From Sulfolobales archaeon HS-7 (GTDB taxonomy: Archaea; Thermoproteota; Thermoprotei_A; Sulfolobales; Sulfolobaceae): DNA of 64,000 bases. The notes under the pieces were generated by a model. It did no database searches. It was not told where the DNA came from and saw only the letters and a list, made by a program, of their open reading frames with translations. Below are positions 61,672 to 64,000 of the stretch, piece after piece; the first letter of the stretch is position 1; the number at the start of each line of letters is the position of its first letter. The stretch lies in NCBI GenBank assembly GCA_019704295.1, contig AP024596.1, positions 1,312,001 to 1,376,000 of the forward strand, in the 5' to 3' direction. The position numbers and the translations under genes were made by a program.

Positions 61672-62703
61672 GTTTGTAGCTTTCCTATGAGGGCTTGAAA
61701 CTTTTTTTGGCGTAAGTATAGGTCTTATGACGACGGCTGGTTTGTAGCTTTCCTATGAGGGCTTGAAACTAAATAGTATCGTTTATTTCCCTTACTAGCC
61801 TCGATAGTTTGTAGCTTTCCTATGAGGGCTTGAAACTTGAACCGCTTTCATATGCTATTACAGCTTCATAACTGTTTGTAGCTTTCCTATGAGGGCTTGA
61901 AACATGCAAATCCGCAAATACTTGACGCAGTAACGAATAGTTTGTAGCTTTCCTATGAGGGCTTGAAACTTGAACCGCTTTCATATGCTATTACAGCTTC
62001 ATAACTGTTTGTAGCTTTCCTATGAGGGCTTGAAACTCGTCGAGTTTTTCCGCATACGCGTCACTAGGATCTGTTTGTAGCTTTCCTATGAGGGCTTGAA
62101 ACACTTTTACGCTTAGGTATACATCTGACATCTTTGTGTTTGTAGCTTTCCTATGAGGGCTTGAAACTAATCAACATACCAGTTAGCGACAATCTTTTCG
62201 GCGGTTTGTAGCTTTCCTATGAGGGCTTGAAACAAAGTCGCTAGGGCGTTAAACAGGTTGAACTCTGGGTTTGTAGCTTTCCTATGAGGGCTTGAAACGC
62301 CGTACCCGGTGTTAGCGCACCATGTGCAAGTCCCTGTGTTTGTAGCTTTCCTATGAGGGCTTGAAACATGCAAATCCGCAAATACTTGACGCAGTAACGA
62401 ATAGTTTGTAGCTTTCCTATGAGGGCTTGAAACTTGAACCGCTTTCATATGCTATTACAGCTTCATAACTGTTTGTAGCTCTCCTATGAGGGCTTGAAAC
62501 CTCTTCCATCGGACGGTGATATTCCTTCGCGAACTGCTGTTTGTAGCTTTCCTATGAGGGCTTGAAACCTCTGAGAAGTTGTTGAGGATGTGTTAGATCC
62601 TTGAGATGTTTGTAGCTTTCCTATGAGGGCTTGAAACTTTAAATACCTTTTTAACCTACTAATTAGTTTATCAGTTTGTAGCTTTCCTATGAGGGCTTGA
62701 AAC
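61672..62703 (+). CRISPR. CRISPR array: 16 repeats GTTTGTAGCTTTCCTATGAGGGCTTGAAAC (30 nt), 15 spacers of 35-39 nt (12 unique)
   Basis: Repeats start at 61672, 61740, 61807, 61874, 61940, 62007, 62073, 62138, 62204, 62269, 62338, 62404, 62471 (one T>C variant), 62539, 62608 and 62674. Confidence 0.99.
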
Positions 62704-62821
62704 CAGAGGCATAATGGCAGAGCTGCCGATATTATCACTCTTGCAGGGGACTATTCGCATATCCTCTGCGAAACTAGTTTATTACATTAGCAGCAACAAA
62801 TTCTACTTAACGCTACCGTAA

Positions 62822-62984
62822 GGGCGTTTCGCCTGTTTATCCAGATTTTATCTTATTTAGGAAAATAAGGAATAAATTTAATTAAATACAATCTTATTGA
62901 CTAGTAGCCGTTCATGCTTAACAATTTCCTCTATTTAATCCATCTTTCCCATTCCACAATTCGCGATGAAAACCTGAATTGCCC
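62822..62984 (+). mobile_element. MITE family A
   Basis: GCTTAACAATTTCCTCTATTTAATC...AATTCGCGATGAAAACCTGAATTGCCC. Confidence 0.8.
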
Positions 62985-63091
62985 GTATTTTACAGGATGT
63001 GTTTTCACCTCTTTTCAGTTCCCACAAGTTCCACTATACAGGAATTGACAACCCTTAACAGTATTACCTCCCCAGACCTGGAACTGAATTA

Positions 63092-63813
63092 CTACTCCTT
63101 TATTCCGATGAAGGTAACTCTATCATCCCTTATTTCATTGAGCTCCTCGAAAGATAACGTCCTGAGAGTTCCTAGAACCTTAAAGCCCGCTCTCCTAAGC
63201 AAGTCAACTAACTCCTCCTTTTCGTAAAGGCTTATCCGTGTCTTATGAGCGTGACTGTAGATGAGGTTTTGACCAACCTTTTCAAAGAAACTTTCATCGA
63301 ATACGAGGTATTTTCCCTCCTCCACGTAATGGGATGCCTCTACGGTATCCCCGTAATCTACAAACTGCGTATTCCCCTTTCTCCTTTTTATCGTCAAACC
63401 GTTGGCCATTTCAAGAATGAGAGCCCCTTCGCCCTTAAGTTATCGTAAAAGTTCTTCAAAGTTTGAGCGTTACCCTGATCGTCGAAGAAACCGAATGAGG
63501 TAAACCAGTTCAGGACGACGTCAACCTCTTCCTTTAACCTAAAGGACCTCATGTCGCCTACGTAATAGTTACCGTTATTTTTGTTCTTGGCCTTATCTAT
63601 GAGATCTGAGGAGGAGTCAACTCCGTAGACCTGATAACCTAAATCCCACAGAAAGGCGTGATGCCTACCGTACTCGCAGGGGATATCCAAGATGGATTTA
63701 TAGGAATCCCCAAGCTTCCACGCACAGAACTCTATTAAGGAGTGTATGTAATACGCTTCTATCTCGGAAGTGGACTTAACAAGTTCCAAATGATAGTGGA
63801 GTTCGTCCTTCAC
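63092..63813 (-). pseudogene. Class I SAM-dependent methyltransferase split by a frameshift
   Basis: ILDIPCEYGRH, GDMR, NWFTSFGFF in the first frame. ALILEMAN...LYEKEELVDLLRRAGF continues in another frame from a G4 run at 63424-63427. Confidence 0.8.
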
Positions 63814-64000
63814 AGCCTAGACTAGGTGATGAAGTAATAAAGCGTTGTCATACACTTCGAGCTGAGAACCTCGCCATTCCACAGGGACGATTGCGAGTTC
63901 CTAACATGAGGTAATCCGCTTTAATTTATTACCTTTTACACTAATCGATTAACATGAATTTCATCCCAAAAAACGAAGATCCCGTTGTAAGACTTGGGAG

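Noticed and set aside
62638-62673. Spacer 15 shares AATTAGTTTATCA with the IS end near 9365 (reverse complement)
   Set aside because: Only 13 AT-rich nucleotides; not credible self-targeting.
62167-62738. ORFs 62167-62448 and 62484-62738
   Set aside because: They are translations of CRISPR repeats (recurring FQALIGKLQT / VSSPHRKATN).
1-64000. tRNA/rRNA genes, integrase or provirus
   Set aside because: None recognised by eye; a covariance-model scan was not possible.

Overview
64 kb of an archaeal chromosome, almost certainly Sulfolobales. The evidence is the leaderless TATA-type promoters, class III signal peptides, a Cmr7-containing type III-B module, merH-merA and Sulfolobus-type IS/MITEs. 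Left to right: a hydratase-family gene; an alpha-glucan utilisation locus (ABC importer with a class-III-signal binding protein, plus a membrane-anchored GH15 glucoamylase); a five-gene cluster of pilin-like surface proteins with no assembly ATPase, bracketed by inverted copies of a ~370-bp MITE; a mobile-element-dense region (about 9-25 kb) with a frameshifted ISH3-like IS, a decayed 1266-bp DDE IS, its derived MITEs and about 8 copies of a ~160-bp MITE; two YVTN beta-propeller surface proteins; an archaeal ATPase with an operator-like palindrome; a nucleotidyltransferase TA-like pair; flavoproteins including an SQR-like enzyme; a COG1361/MacB-permease operon; merH-merA with an operator but no adjacent merR; an SMN-like IS200/IS605 mini-element; MMPL transporter plus regulator; prolyl oligopeptidase; ADH; GT4; an AT-rich cmr7-4-5-1-6-2-3 operon; vapBC; a 16-repeat CRISPR array; and a frameshifted methyltransferase. 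The array has a 30-nt repeat atypical for Sulfolobales and duplicated spacers. The best candidates for something new are the MITE-bracketed orphan pilin-like cluster and the Cmr-beta-type module paired with a foreign-type repeat. All family assignments come from motif reading and recall, not database searches.
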